Shown in pieces: positions 31,877 to 42,234 of a stretch of 64,000 nt of DNA. The DNA is from an uncultured bacterium. GTDB taxonomy: Bacteria; Desulfobacterota_D; UBA1144; Nemesobacterales; UBA2774. The stretch spans positions 192,001 to 256,000 of the forward strand of contig CAVPJU010000006.1 in assembly GCA_963705505.1 (NCBI GenBank), given 5' to 3'. The translations under genes and the position numbers were made by a program. Positions within the stretch are counted from its first letter, which is position 1. The number at the start of each line of letters is the position of its first letter. Under the pieces are notes generated by a model, which saw nothing but the letters and a program-made list of their open reading frames with translations, did no database searches and had not been told where the DNA came from.

Positions 31877-32653
31877 ATGATAAAATCTGTCCCTATTCTT
31901 ATTTTAGCGCTATTAATTTTATTCGGGTGCAAACAATCAGAACAATCAGAAATCCATACTAAAAGATTTAAACCAGAAAAAAATGAACAAATTCTAGCTC
32001 GTGTCAATGGTGTCCCCATCTATCAAGATGAGCTCAAAGGAAATTCTCTAAATTCTCTTATCACGGATGAAATCCTGTATCAAGAAGGTCTTAGACGTGG
32101 TCTTGATAAAAAATACGAAGAAAAAGTTATGTCGTATCAGATGTCATTGGTTGTTAATGATATGAAAAGAAACATTTCTACGGAGTTGCCGCCTACAAAA
32201 GGAGTATCCGAAGAGGAAATAGAAAGTTACTATAAAGAGACAATACTAAAATATTCAAATGCAAGGTTACAAGGATTATGTTTCAGTGACAAAGATCTAA
32301 AAGACGAAATCTATAAGACGGCTGCAGAAGGAACGGATTTTCAGGATATAGCTAATAAATATTTGGATTCTAAAGCAAAGGTTGTTGTTGAAGATATAGG
32401 ATACGACAGAGAATTAAACAAGCGTTTCAAGAAAATAGAGGTCGGAGCGATGACGGATGCGATTGAGAAAAAAGACGGAACGTACTGCATTATAAAAATA
32501 GTAAGTATCCAACAAATGCCTATTCAATCTAGTAAGAAAGCGATCAAAAATATCTTACAGGCTCAGAGAAATTCTAATGAGTTAAATAATTATGCCAGAA
32601 AACTTGCAAAAGAAAAAAACATGGATATTGTGCTTCTAAATACGCCTAACTAG
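31877..32653 (+). CDS. PrsA/parvulin-like foldase lipoprotein
   Basis: Lipobox LFGC, LARVNGVPI, EILYQEG.RRGLDK, V.EEEI..YY, degenerate rotamase region. Confidence 0.65.
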   Translation: MIKSVPILILALLILFGCKQSEQSEIHTKRFKPEKNEQILARVNGVPIYQDELKGNSLNSLITDEILYQEGLRRGLDKKYEEKVMSYQMSLVVNDMKRNISTELPPTKGVSEEEIESYYKETILKYSNARLQGLCFSDKDLKDEIYKTAAEGTDFQDIANKYLDSKAKVVVEDIGYDRELNKRFKKIEVGAMTDAIEKKDGTYCIIKIVSIQQMPIQSSKKAIKNILQAQRNSNELNNYARKLAKEKNMDIVLLNTPN

Positions 32654-32668
32654 GATTATATAGAAAAA

Positions 32669-33193
32669 ATGAAAAATACGCGTAGGCAATTTATAAAATC
32701 TATAGGCATTGGGATAATCGGAAGTGGAGTGATTTTGGGTACACCCACATTACCTTTAGCTGACGACAGCCCTCCCGACGACGGATTTGAGGTACAGAAA
32801 GGTTTCAAGGTATTCAACGATGTTACACAAAAAAATATGGAAAAACTGGCGGAGGAATTAGTTCCGGGCTCTAAAAACATCGCAATTAAGAATAAAATAA
32901 TGGATTATGCCTATAAAAATAAAGGAATTGCCGCTTTTCTCGATGCTGGTTTCTGGAATTTAGATGCTTTATCCAGAAAAGTATACAAAAAACCTTTCTA
33001 TACCTTGAACAATAAAGATGATATCAATCGGCTGATTAAGAATATGATCAGAAATAATGTATCTTTTTTTAAAGAATTCAGGCAACTGGTAATTAAGATG
33101 TATTATTCGGATCCCACTGTATGGAAGAAGCTATCATACAATGGTCCACCCCAGCCAAAGGGATTTTTAGATTATTCAGAACCTCCAAAATAG
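32669..33193 (+). CDS. Tat-exported gluconate 2-dehydrogenase subunit 3-like protein
   Basis: TRRQFIK twin-arginine signal, F..L, YYSDP..W..L.Y.GP. Divergent from the GMC gene. Confidence 0.75.
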   Translation: MKNTRRQFIKSIGIGIIGSGVILGTPTLPLADDSPPDDGFEVQKGFKVFNDVTQKNMEKLAEELVPGSKNIAIKNKIMDYAYKNKGIAAFLDAGFWNLDALSRKVYKKPFYTLNNKDDINRLIKNMIRNNVSFFKEFRQLVIKMYYSDPTVWKKLSYNGPPQPKGFLDYSEPPK

Positions 33194-33238
33194 GCAACCA
33201 ACCATAGGAATTGGTATTTTTTAACTAGAATAAGACAG

Positions 33239-34372
33239 CTAAAGTATGTGAACGGATACAAGTTCAAGTGTTTTCTCAATTAGTTTAGCCATATCTATAG
33301 AATTTTCGATATATGACATATGCTCACTTTTAGCCTTTGTTTTTGGCTTGGAAGAATATATTGAACAGCAGTCCTTATAGGGCTCTATTGATAATTCATA
33401 AGTACCTATCTTTTTTGCATAATCGACAATCTCCTGTTTGTCGTAGGTTATGAGTGGCTGAAATATCGGCATCGAAACCGCCTGCTTTACAAGCGCCATA
33501 TTATCTATGGTCTGAGAAGCGACCTGACCCAGGCTGTCTCCGCTTACAAGAGCCATACATCCGTTCCCAACTGCTATCCTTTCAGCCAACTTAGCCATAA
33601 ACCTTCTGAATAGAACTACTTCATATCCTGCTATACCACTCAATTTAAGAATGGAAGTTTCAAATGGGTGATACGGGACAAGATGAACACGAGTTTCTCG
33701 CTGGAATTCATTTATATGTTTAAATAAATTATACATTTTCGTACTTTTCACATAACTGTTGTCGACAAATACATGAAAATGGATCAATTCGACCCGACAG
33801 CCCCTTTTCATCATTAAGTAAGAAGAGACTGGTGAATCTATTCCTCCCGATATTAAGGATAAAACACGACCACTAACATCAACTGGAAATCCCCTGAGCC
33901 CCTCCGTTTTCTTAAAATAAATATATGCCCTGTCGGACACCTCTATAAAGACACTTATATCTGGATTTCGAAGGTTTACCTTTAAACCGTAATTTTTAAT
34001 GATCACATTGCCTACCCTACCTGCAATCTCCATAGATTTATGTACAAAATCCTTATTGGCTCTGCGGACAAATACCCCGAAGTTATCTAAATCGCTGGTT
34101 ATCCTTTCTCTGACCTCTTCCAAAACCTTTCTTACAATCTGTTCGATTTCATTATCCACGACGAATGCTTCTGCGTACCAGGATATGCCCGGGACATGAT
34201 CAAGAAAGCGTGGCTCGCCCCCTTCGAGTATAAAATAACCCCTGTACCTTCTCACTCCGCCCCCTGTCACTTTTTCAATATTCTCCTTGAGCTTCAACTC
34301 AAATACACTCCTGTTTCTGCCCTTAAGTGACAATTCGCCGTAATGGATTAAAACGCATTTATCGATTTTCAT
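33239..34372 (-). CDS. thiI: tRNA 4-thiouridine synthase (THUMP + PP-loop, no rhodanese domain)
   Basis: HYGELSLKGRNR, SGGIDSPV, GDSLGQVASQT, DK.EI...A..IGTY, DCC. Confidence 0.92.
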   Translation of the reverse strand: MKIDKCVLIHYGELSLKGRNRSVFELKLKENIEKVTGGGVRRYRGYFILEGGEPRFLDHVPGISWYAEAFVVDNEIEQIVRKVLEEVRERITSDLDNFGVFVRRANKDFVHKSMEIAGRVGNVIIKNYGLKVNLRNPDISVFIEVSDRAYIYFKKTEGLRGFPVDVSGRVLSLISGGIDSPVSSYLMMKRGCRVELIHFHVFVDNSYVKSTKMYNLFKHINEFQRETRVHLVPYHPFETSILKLSGIAGYEVVLFRRFMAKLAERIAVGNGCMALVSGDSLGQVASQTIDNMALVKQAVSMPIFQPLITYDKQEIVDYAKKIGTYELSIEPYKDCCSIYSSKPKTKAKSEHMSYIENSIDMAKLIEKTLELVSVHIL

Positions 34373-34454
34373 GCCGGTTCAATGTTTTTAGACTTTAAAC
34401 AGTATATGAACGGACGAATAAGTAAATAAATATTGCTGGTCAACTTTATCATGA

Positions 34455-34546
34455 ATAAAAATAAAAAAACCGGGAGAGCTAATTCTTAACTCCCCCGGCT
34501 AATAAACTTTATTATTAAAGGAGGCAGATTTAAATCCCGCCTCCCC
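34455..34546 (-). terminator. Two tandem intrinsic terminators downstream of the surface-protein gene
   Basis: Minus strand GGAGGCGGGATTTAAATCTGCCTCC-TTTAA, then CCGGGGGAGTTAAGAATTAGCTCTCCCGG-TTTTTTTATTTT. Confidence 0.8.
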
Positions 34547-34561
34547 ACACAGTTTTAACTC

Positions 34562-36708
34562 TTATTTCTTTCTTCTTCTAGCAGCTCTCACTCCGAAAGC
34601 AAACGCTACAGGTACCAGAGGTATAAGTACGTTAGCAAATGCCGTTCCGAGCTGTACCGGGTTACCGGCGATCGCACAACCGCCGCCGCCGCCATGTTTG
34701 CTAGGTTTAATAGTCGGTCCGATCGTCGGAGACGGTCCGATCGTCGGAGACGGTCCGATCGTCGGAGACGTGCTCGCCGGAGTGAAGTCGTCACTGTTTG
34801 GCACATCTGCATCAATACCCAGTCTTGAGAAGCATATATTCTGGTTACCACAGCTCTGGGGATGTTCATCTAAATCCCATACAGTAGAAGCTACATTAAC
34901 GAATGCTGCCAGCGGGGTGTACGATGGACTGTACACATCTCTGAAGTTGATGTTCACTACATCAGCTCCAGAATTGTCACCTGGTAGCGTATTAAACTGG
35001 CCCGCAAAGAATTCAGGCGTATAATCGAGGAGAAATGAATTCACACCGTTAAGTACACTATACGGTGGTATGAAAACGTCGTCGATAATCCCTCTTTGAT
35101 CACAGATAATCATCGAACGCTAGTAGCCTGAAGTTATCAACCAACGCACCATTTGCGGGATGAACATCATCGGGATCAGTACCACGGTTGGAGTACTACA
35201 TTCAGGAGTGGCTATCTGACCCGTAAAGACAACAACTTGTTGATCCTCACAGAATTCGCGAAAAGACTATCATGTATCAAGGATCCCTTACCACCCACAA
35301 TTTCAACCGGACCGATAGCATAAGTATCACCATCAGTACGAATCTTATCGCATGTGCTTACCACCCGGGAAATCTTGTGAATATACAAAGCCTGTACCAG
35401 TGGCATTGTAACAATTGCAATCGACGAATTCATTGGGAAAGGCATCCAGATCAACAACACAAACAGCCGTGTAATTCTGCGCAACCAAACTCATCATCTG
35501 GATTGAGTACTTGTATATCATATTCTACCTGATTATTACCAAATGACCTGATCTGTAGTGAACGAATTCGACGCAAGAACTGTTACATTCGTCTCTGTTC
35601 CTAGATTAATAACTTGTGTCAGCCCCCCCAGGATTTGCATAGGGCAAGCTGTTGCCCATTATCAGTATTAGAACCATCCGGGAATCTGAACGGACCACTT
35701 GTCGCAACACTCGGGTCTGATGCAACGAATGCCTGGAAAAGATCGGAATCAGGATCTTGACAGTCAGGATTTAAAATATCATCACATGGTGGAGGAGCAA
35801 CCGCGGTCTGAAATTCCATTTTTATCTATAAACCCAAATAGAAATGAACTCCGTTGGTGATAACGTTAAATGGAGAAGTAAAGTGACCACCATGGAATCA
35901 ATTCGATCGAAATAAATCCGCCCTGAAAACTTCCGTTTATCAATCAAGTTCTCAACTACCGGAAGACAAACACCAAACCTAGCAAACGTATTCATATCCA
36001 TAATCGAACACTTCTTTGCGCATCATTGATATAAGCTGTACCCGCAAGGAAGTTATAGTCAATAGCCTGTTTGTCTTCGCAATTGTTTACAACAGTAAAG
36101 GTTACGAAACCCTCATGTCCCTGAAGAACAGAATCATCCGGTGTATCCCCAACGTTTGTAACCAAGTCGCCAAAGTTATAAACGTGTGTATCACCCGAGC
36201 TGTATTCGTCGCAGAAGTCTCTGATTTCATTGCAATTTTCATCCAAAATGACAACATGAACGTCTATAAAATCGAAATCTTCTGCATTCGTCAGCTGAAG
36301 GAATGTATTTCTACCATCTTTTTGAGTCCACCACGAAACGAGTTGAGCTCCCGTTACGTTGCTGGGATGTGTAAACTCAAAGAAATCAAAACTCCTGAAT
36401 ATATTACTTATTAAATCACCCTGCTGATCTATCACTATCTGGTCTAACGCATTTGGAGAGAATCCATGTTGCCAGTCCATACCTCCGATGTTTTCACCGT
36501 TATGAGCTTCAACAGTGCCAATCAACGAGCCAGAAAAATTCGGAGCTGGGTCCAAAGGCGTAACAACCTGTTGCAACCAACCGCTATCAACCTCTACCCC
36601 AGGACACCATAGAGGGCCCTCTTGCCCCTGTGCTTTGTTTTGGAAACCAAAACCCAATAGGACAAGCAATATTACCGCAACAAGGGAATACTTAAACTTG
36701 CTTATCAT
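34562..36708 (-). CDS. Secreted acidic surface (S-layer-like) protein with a C-terminal Cys-containing sorting signal, fragmented by several frameshifts
   Basis: AAGGAGG RBS, signal peptide MISKFKYSLVAVILLVLLGFGFQNKAQG, collinear fragments 35992..36708, 35619..35819 and 34562..35113, ending (SPTIGP)3-KPSKHGGGGGC-hydrophobic-RRRKK. Confidence 0.75.
34715..34770. repeat. 18-bp perfect tandem repeat CGGTCCGATCGTCGGAGA x3, encoding SPTIGP repeats on the minus strand
   Basis: Directly visible in the sequence. Confidence 0.95.
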
Positions 36709-36832
36709 TTGTTTATCCTCCTTTTTAAAATTTATCAACTTAACTGATGTCATTATCTTTATCCTTAGACTCGTTATTCTATTTTCTGCCATATCTATTT
36801 CATTATACGCTCGTGGAGTTAACTCCCTGGAT

Positions 36833-38024
36833 TTACTTTACTGATTCTAACAACGCACAGTTTGAGTTGTTAGTATTAAATAAGCAATACGAATAATCGT
36901 ATATCAGCTCACTAACTGAAATCCAGGAATCCATCGTGCCTGTGCCATCACCGTTGTTTAGACCCAAAAATCCCGCAAAATATGTGGGGAACTCACATTG
37001 ACCATCAGCTGGATCTCCTGAGACAGCTACGTCAAAACAGAAATTCCCATCAAACCCTAACAACAACCATCCGGAATCAGTTGTCCCCACAACCGAATCA
37101 CCATCTAGTTTTGATGTAGCGCATATTTCGTCAGCTCCCCGGCTGTTAGGCACCGAATGGTCAATACCTTTATTTAACTCTGTCGGTTTTGTGTTATCAC
37201 AAGTGAAAAACGTTGGACTGCACGAATTAAAATTCTCATCATCGTCGAAAATTAAATTCTGATCAAAAGCATCTATTCCACCGAATTGAGTTCCTACAAA
37301 TGGCGACGCGTATGTATTACCATCTGGCAAAGCTACATAGGTGATACCAACCACGTCTGATAGGTTGTTGTCAGTCACAGCATTAAAGTTCAAAACGTTC
37401 CAGAGTTCATTTTCAATAAAACTACCCTGACCAACCCCAATTCGCAAGCCATTAAAAAGGGATTCTGTATTTGCAGCATTTGTTCTGTATTCATAACCAG
37501 CTTTATCGATTATTCTGAACATACCGATCAATGGCCCAGCGAAATCATTCGAAGATACAAGCCTTGTTTGCGCCCCTCCGGTAGCCAAAGGAACATCATG
37601 ATTACACTCAGGATTTGTAGGCATAAACTGGATAATTATCAGATGTGATTGTAATCAATCCAAAGCCGTCCGCCGCTAGAGAACAACCTGGAAGATCTTT
37701 TGCGTCGTACACGTTTGAATCGCCAGGAGTCAATTTTGCATCGAAATCACATTCATCGCACGAATCATTTGCATTAAATATCTGCACGTGAATGAAATGC
37801 GTATCTTCAGACACATTGGTAACCTGAAAAATTGTATCTCTGTCCCGGATGTCCCAATAATATACCAACCTATAAGCACCCGTATCCGTTTGATCTACTG
37901 GTTCAAAAAAATTGAAACGAGTCAAAAGTGGACTAACGCCCGCCCCAGCATTTCTCATCGGAATTAATAATATCAACGCAAGTACAAATAAATACTTAAT
38001 CTTGCAAAAACTATCCTGTAGCAT
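36833..38024 (-). CDS. Secreted Cys/Asp-rich protein, paralog of the downstream surface protein, one frameshift near 37620
   Basis: Signal peptide. Shares the motif LV.(Y/W)W....R.T..Q.TN......(I)HV.I....C.E.D......GD..VY with 34562..36708. No C-terminal anchor. Confidence 0.7.
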
Positions 38025-38194
38025 TGAACCTTTCCTCCTTGTTTTGGTGTTGAATATTGAATTTGTCTAATCATAAAGCATCCTCCTCACTCTTGAATTT
38101 CACATCAATGCACACTGTTCTCTGGATTTGCTTATTCAGGCTGCCTCCATCTCCATCAGCAAACAAATACCCGAGCAATTCACAACTGCAGTGA

Positions 38195-38223
38195 ATTACA
38201 ACACATTATGATTGTGTTGTCAA
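38195..38223 (-). promoter_or_regulatory. Putative sigma70 promoter with an overlapping palindromic operator
   Basis: TTGACA-N17-TGTAAT on the minus strand. Perfect inverted repeat ACAACACA-N7-TGTGTTGT at 38198..38220. Confidence 0.65.
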
Positions 38224-38299
38224 GACCTTTTCTCCAACTTAATTTCTGAACTACTTGCAGAAGTAACATTACTCCATTTCCTCCCTTAAAAACAAATAA

Positions 38300-38328
38300 A
38301 TTACATCACAAATTATACGTCTTGTCAA
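38300..38328 (-). promoter_or_regulatory. Second putative sigma70 promoter, 105 bp upstream of the first
   Basis: Same hexamers and spacing, TTGACA-N17-TGTAAT, in the same GTCTTGACAA context. Confidence 0.6.
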
Positions 38329-39256
38329 GACATTTTGACCGTACAAAGGAACGATATAATGCAATAGTATAAACAATCTGGTATTCAGAGCCCCGGAGAA
38401 AATATTTCAAGACGGATAACATAATATTTAAATTGGAACCCAAGCCATGGAAATCTAGCGGCTTCGCCCCCGGCCGGGTCAAATCCAGTCTAAAGGGCTC
38501 CGATCTTTTAACTAAACCCTCTTTCAACGATTGAGATTCATAAAATTGTGAGATTGCAGCTGATTAGCCTCGCATAACACTTATACCGGGGGGGTCTTAT
38601 AGCTCAAGGTCCCAGTTTCCTCTAAAAAAACCGTTTCCGGACAGATCCTCTTAAAAACTCCGCTATCGAAGCCGATATAACTCTGAGGAGGATCACTTCC
38701 CCAGTAAGCGTCAAAACCTACGCAACAATACCAGACTGGGTTTTTCAGACAAGGGTCTACAGTCCGGTAAAGCAAACTATATCACAAGCAGGAAGCATAA
38801 TAAAATCGCGCCTCCCACATCATCCCCTCCTGAGTTGCCCCAAGATATAATTGATGCTGAGCCGCTCGAGACTTTTACAGCCGAGTCCCTGCCATAACCC
38901 GGGGTCGCCATATTGATTTATTATCCGGCATTATTCAGCCCACCTTAACAAATAACAGCTCATAAGGGGAAAGGAACATCTCCATTAATATATATCAAAT
39001 CCTCTATATATTACATATATAAGAGGAGGCAAAGGCCAGAATTCAGATACCAGAATTAAGTAAATGAACATTTCTCAGAAAATCTGTTAGAATTATATAT
39101 TTATTGTCATGAACAGCCAGTCAATTATTTCGAATGCCGACCAGATCTTCGCTTTGGCTTTAAGACCGGGAACGTGCAGATGAGGTCAATTTGATTGCCG
39201 GTCTTCATGATGTGATAATATCAAAAAACCAACTAAGGGATTAAGGAGAAAGAATT

Positions 39257-42229
39257 TTGAATAAACTTCCGGAAAGGGCTAAAAAACTCTTCATACTAAC
39301 AGCCGTCCTCGCCTCCCTCACATACATACTCCTTTTCACGCCGGGCATTGTCGGTTTCGAGCAGAGGGCCGAAGCAGACAACCTGAATATAACAGACGCA
39401 GTCATGCAGTACGTTAAGCGCTACTACGTCGACAAATCGGTCATCGACCCGAAAAACATGCTTATTCTGGGGCTCGGGAGAATGGAACAGATCGTGGACC
39501 AGGTCATGGTGAATTTCCCCAACGGTGAGAACAGCACCGAATTTGAGGTTCAGGCCGTGGGCGATAAAGCCGAATTCAATCTGAGTGGCGTGCAGGACCT
39601 CGATGACGTTACGGACCGATTGGAACAGGTATTCCAGTTCATCTCGCCCCATTTAACCTCAAGCGACCCCAAGATAAACGATATCGAATACGCAGTCCTC
39701 GATCAGATGCTTAACTCGCTCGACCCCCATTCGGGAATAATAACCCCCCAGGTATACAAGGAGTTTATGATTGAGACCGAGGGCAGCTTCGGCGGACTCG
39801 GGATAGTGATCGGCGTAAGGGACGGGAACCTAACAGTGATATCCCCCATCGAAGGCACTCCCGCTTACAGGGCAGGAATAAAACCAAACGACAAAATAGT
39901 ACAGATCGCGAGCGAATCCACGATAAATATGTCCCTCATCGAGGCCGTAAGCAAACTGAGGGGGCCGAAGGGAACCGAAGTATCCATACACGTGATGAGA
40001 GAAGGCTTCTCCGAGCCCAGGGAATTCAAAATGGTTCGGGATACGATAGTGATAGAGAGCGTCGAGACTTTCGAGCTCGAGGACGGAATCCAGTACGTAA
40101 GAATCAGAGACTTTCAGAAAAACACGCTCGACAGCATACTTCAAAACCTCGACAAGAACGGTCCCTCAAACCCGAAGGGCATCATACTCGACCTGAGAGG
40201 AAACCCCGGCGGACTGCTGGATCAGGCGGAAAGGATCTCGGACCTGTTCCTCACGAACGGAGTGATAGTCACGACAAAAATCGGGAATTCAGCTAAACGG
40301 TATCACGCAAACGACAAGGACCAGCAATTCAGCGGCAATATCGTCGTCCTCGTCGATTCCGGAAGCGCGAGCGCTTCCGAGATCGTAGCGGGCGCTTTGA
40401 AAAACAACGAGAGGGCAATCATAATAGGGGAGAGGACATTCGGCAAGGGGACGGTTCAGCAGATATTCGACCTGAATGACGGCTCCGCGCTCAAGCTTAC
40501 AATCGCGCAGTACCTCACTCCCGGCGATATTTCCATACAGGATGTCGGTGTGACTCCCGACATCATGCTCCATCCAAGTATAATCACCGACGATACAATA
40601 GTGTTCCATCCGCATTCCGATAACCAGCTCGTCGAAAAGCCGTGGAAGAAGAAGGAAGCGAAAAATCAAAATCGGTGTCCTCGAAATGCCGGAATATTCG
40701 ATCACTTACCTCGATAATAACGCTGTCGTGAAGAACAACGGCAGCGACGAAGATGATCACTGCCCCCGAAGAAACTCTTAGCCGTGAGGAAAAGAGGAAA
40801 AAGCTCGATGAAGACTTTTACGTAACGCTGGCCCGGCAAATCATAGACTCATCGACAGTTCCCTCGAGGAAAGAATCGCTCGGGGAAATCCAGGGAGGAA
40901 TCGCCAAAATATCCAAGAGCGAAGAAGACAAGATAGTCGACAAATGGAAGCTCATGGGAGTCGACTGGTCGAATGAGAAGACAAAGCCCGAAAAGCCTTC
41001 GCTCTCGGTCAGTGTAACGCCGGAAAATCCCTAAGGCGAATGCCGGCAGCAAGATCGATATCAACGTGGAGGTGGACAACAAGGGCCGTGCACCTCTATA
41101 CAGACTCATGGCGACCACAAAATCGGAAAACCCGGTCTTCGACGGCAAAGAGCTTATTTTCGGCAAGGTAAATCCCGGTGACAAGAGGTCCTGGAAAACG
41201 ACTTTCGAAATACCGAAATGGAGCCTTACCAGGGAGGACACAGTCACTCTGAAATTCGAAGACGGAAACGATTCGCAAATACCCGATTACAATTTCACCG
41301 CCGATACATTCGGCCTCGAGAGACCCCTCTATTCGTTCAATTACGAGATAGTGGACGACGGCAGGTACGGATCGAGCGGCAATGGAGACGGAATAGCGGA
41401 ACCCGGGGAAGTCATAGTATTCCACGCGAAGGTGAAAAATATAGGCCGGGGGGAATCGGAAAAAACGATCCTTACGCTTAAAAACAACTCGGGGGATAAA
41501 ATCTACCTCGAAAAGGGAAGGGCGGAGTTTAAAAACCTCGCGCCGGGCGAGACCAGAGAGGCCGCTTTCACCTTCGACGTGAAAAATACCGATACCCCGC
41601 TCGATCTGGAGCTCCAGATAGTTGACGACGTCTTCAAGGAAGGTCTAATCGGGAAATCGGTCGTCCCGGGAAATACAGACGGCTCGGTCTTCGTAAAAAA
41701 AGAATCCAAAGTGACGGTGCCTGATGCCGGCACGCCCATCAGGGGTGGAGGCTATAAAGAAGCCCCCATAATAGCCTTGTCGGAAAAAGGCGCTACATTC
41801 AGCGGCCTCGGACAAAACGGCAATTGGGTAAAGATAAAACTCAATGAAAATTCAGCAGGCTGGATAAACAAAAACAAAGTAATCATTTCCGAACCCTCAG
41901 TACCGGCCCAGCCGTCCGGCGGTCCCGCGTTCAAGGAAACCTTCGAGGCTCCTCCCGTCATCAGCGTCAAGGGAATGCCGGTCTCGACAACATCCAAGAC
42001 GATTACTCTCAACGGAGACGTTAACGACAAGGACGGCATCGAGCTCGTATCCGTTTTCATCGGAGATGACAAGGTCGCGCTTCTGCCGTCGACAAAGACA
42101 GATGTGCCAATGTCTCTGAAACTGAAACTGGACAACGAAGTGAACCTCATTACGATCGTAGCCAAGGATTCGAAGGGACTCCTCTCCAAACAATCCTTCG
42201 TGGTAAGAAAAGAGGACCAACAAGGGTAG
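39257..42229 (+). CDS. Long S41 (C-terminal processing) serine protease with PDZ and C-terminal beta-sandwich/SH3-like domains, split by two frameshifts
   Basis: LDPHS, GGLGI, GTPAYRAG, LDLRGNPGGLL, SASASEIV, TFGKGTVQ, A.YLTP. Continues in ORFs 40753..41034 and 41066..42229. Confidence 0.88.
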
Positions 42230-42234
42230 CGGGC

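Noticed and set aside
34715..34770. CRISPR array
   Set aside because: Repeats are contiguous with no spacers, in frame within a CDS, and there are no cas genes.
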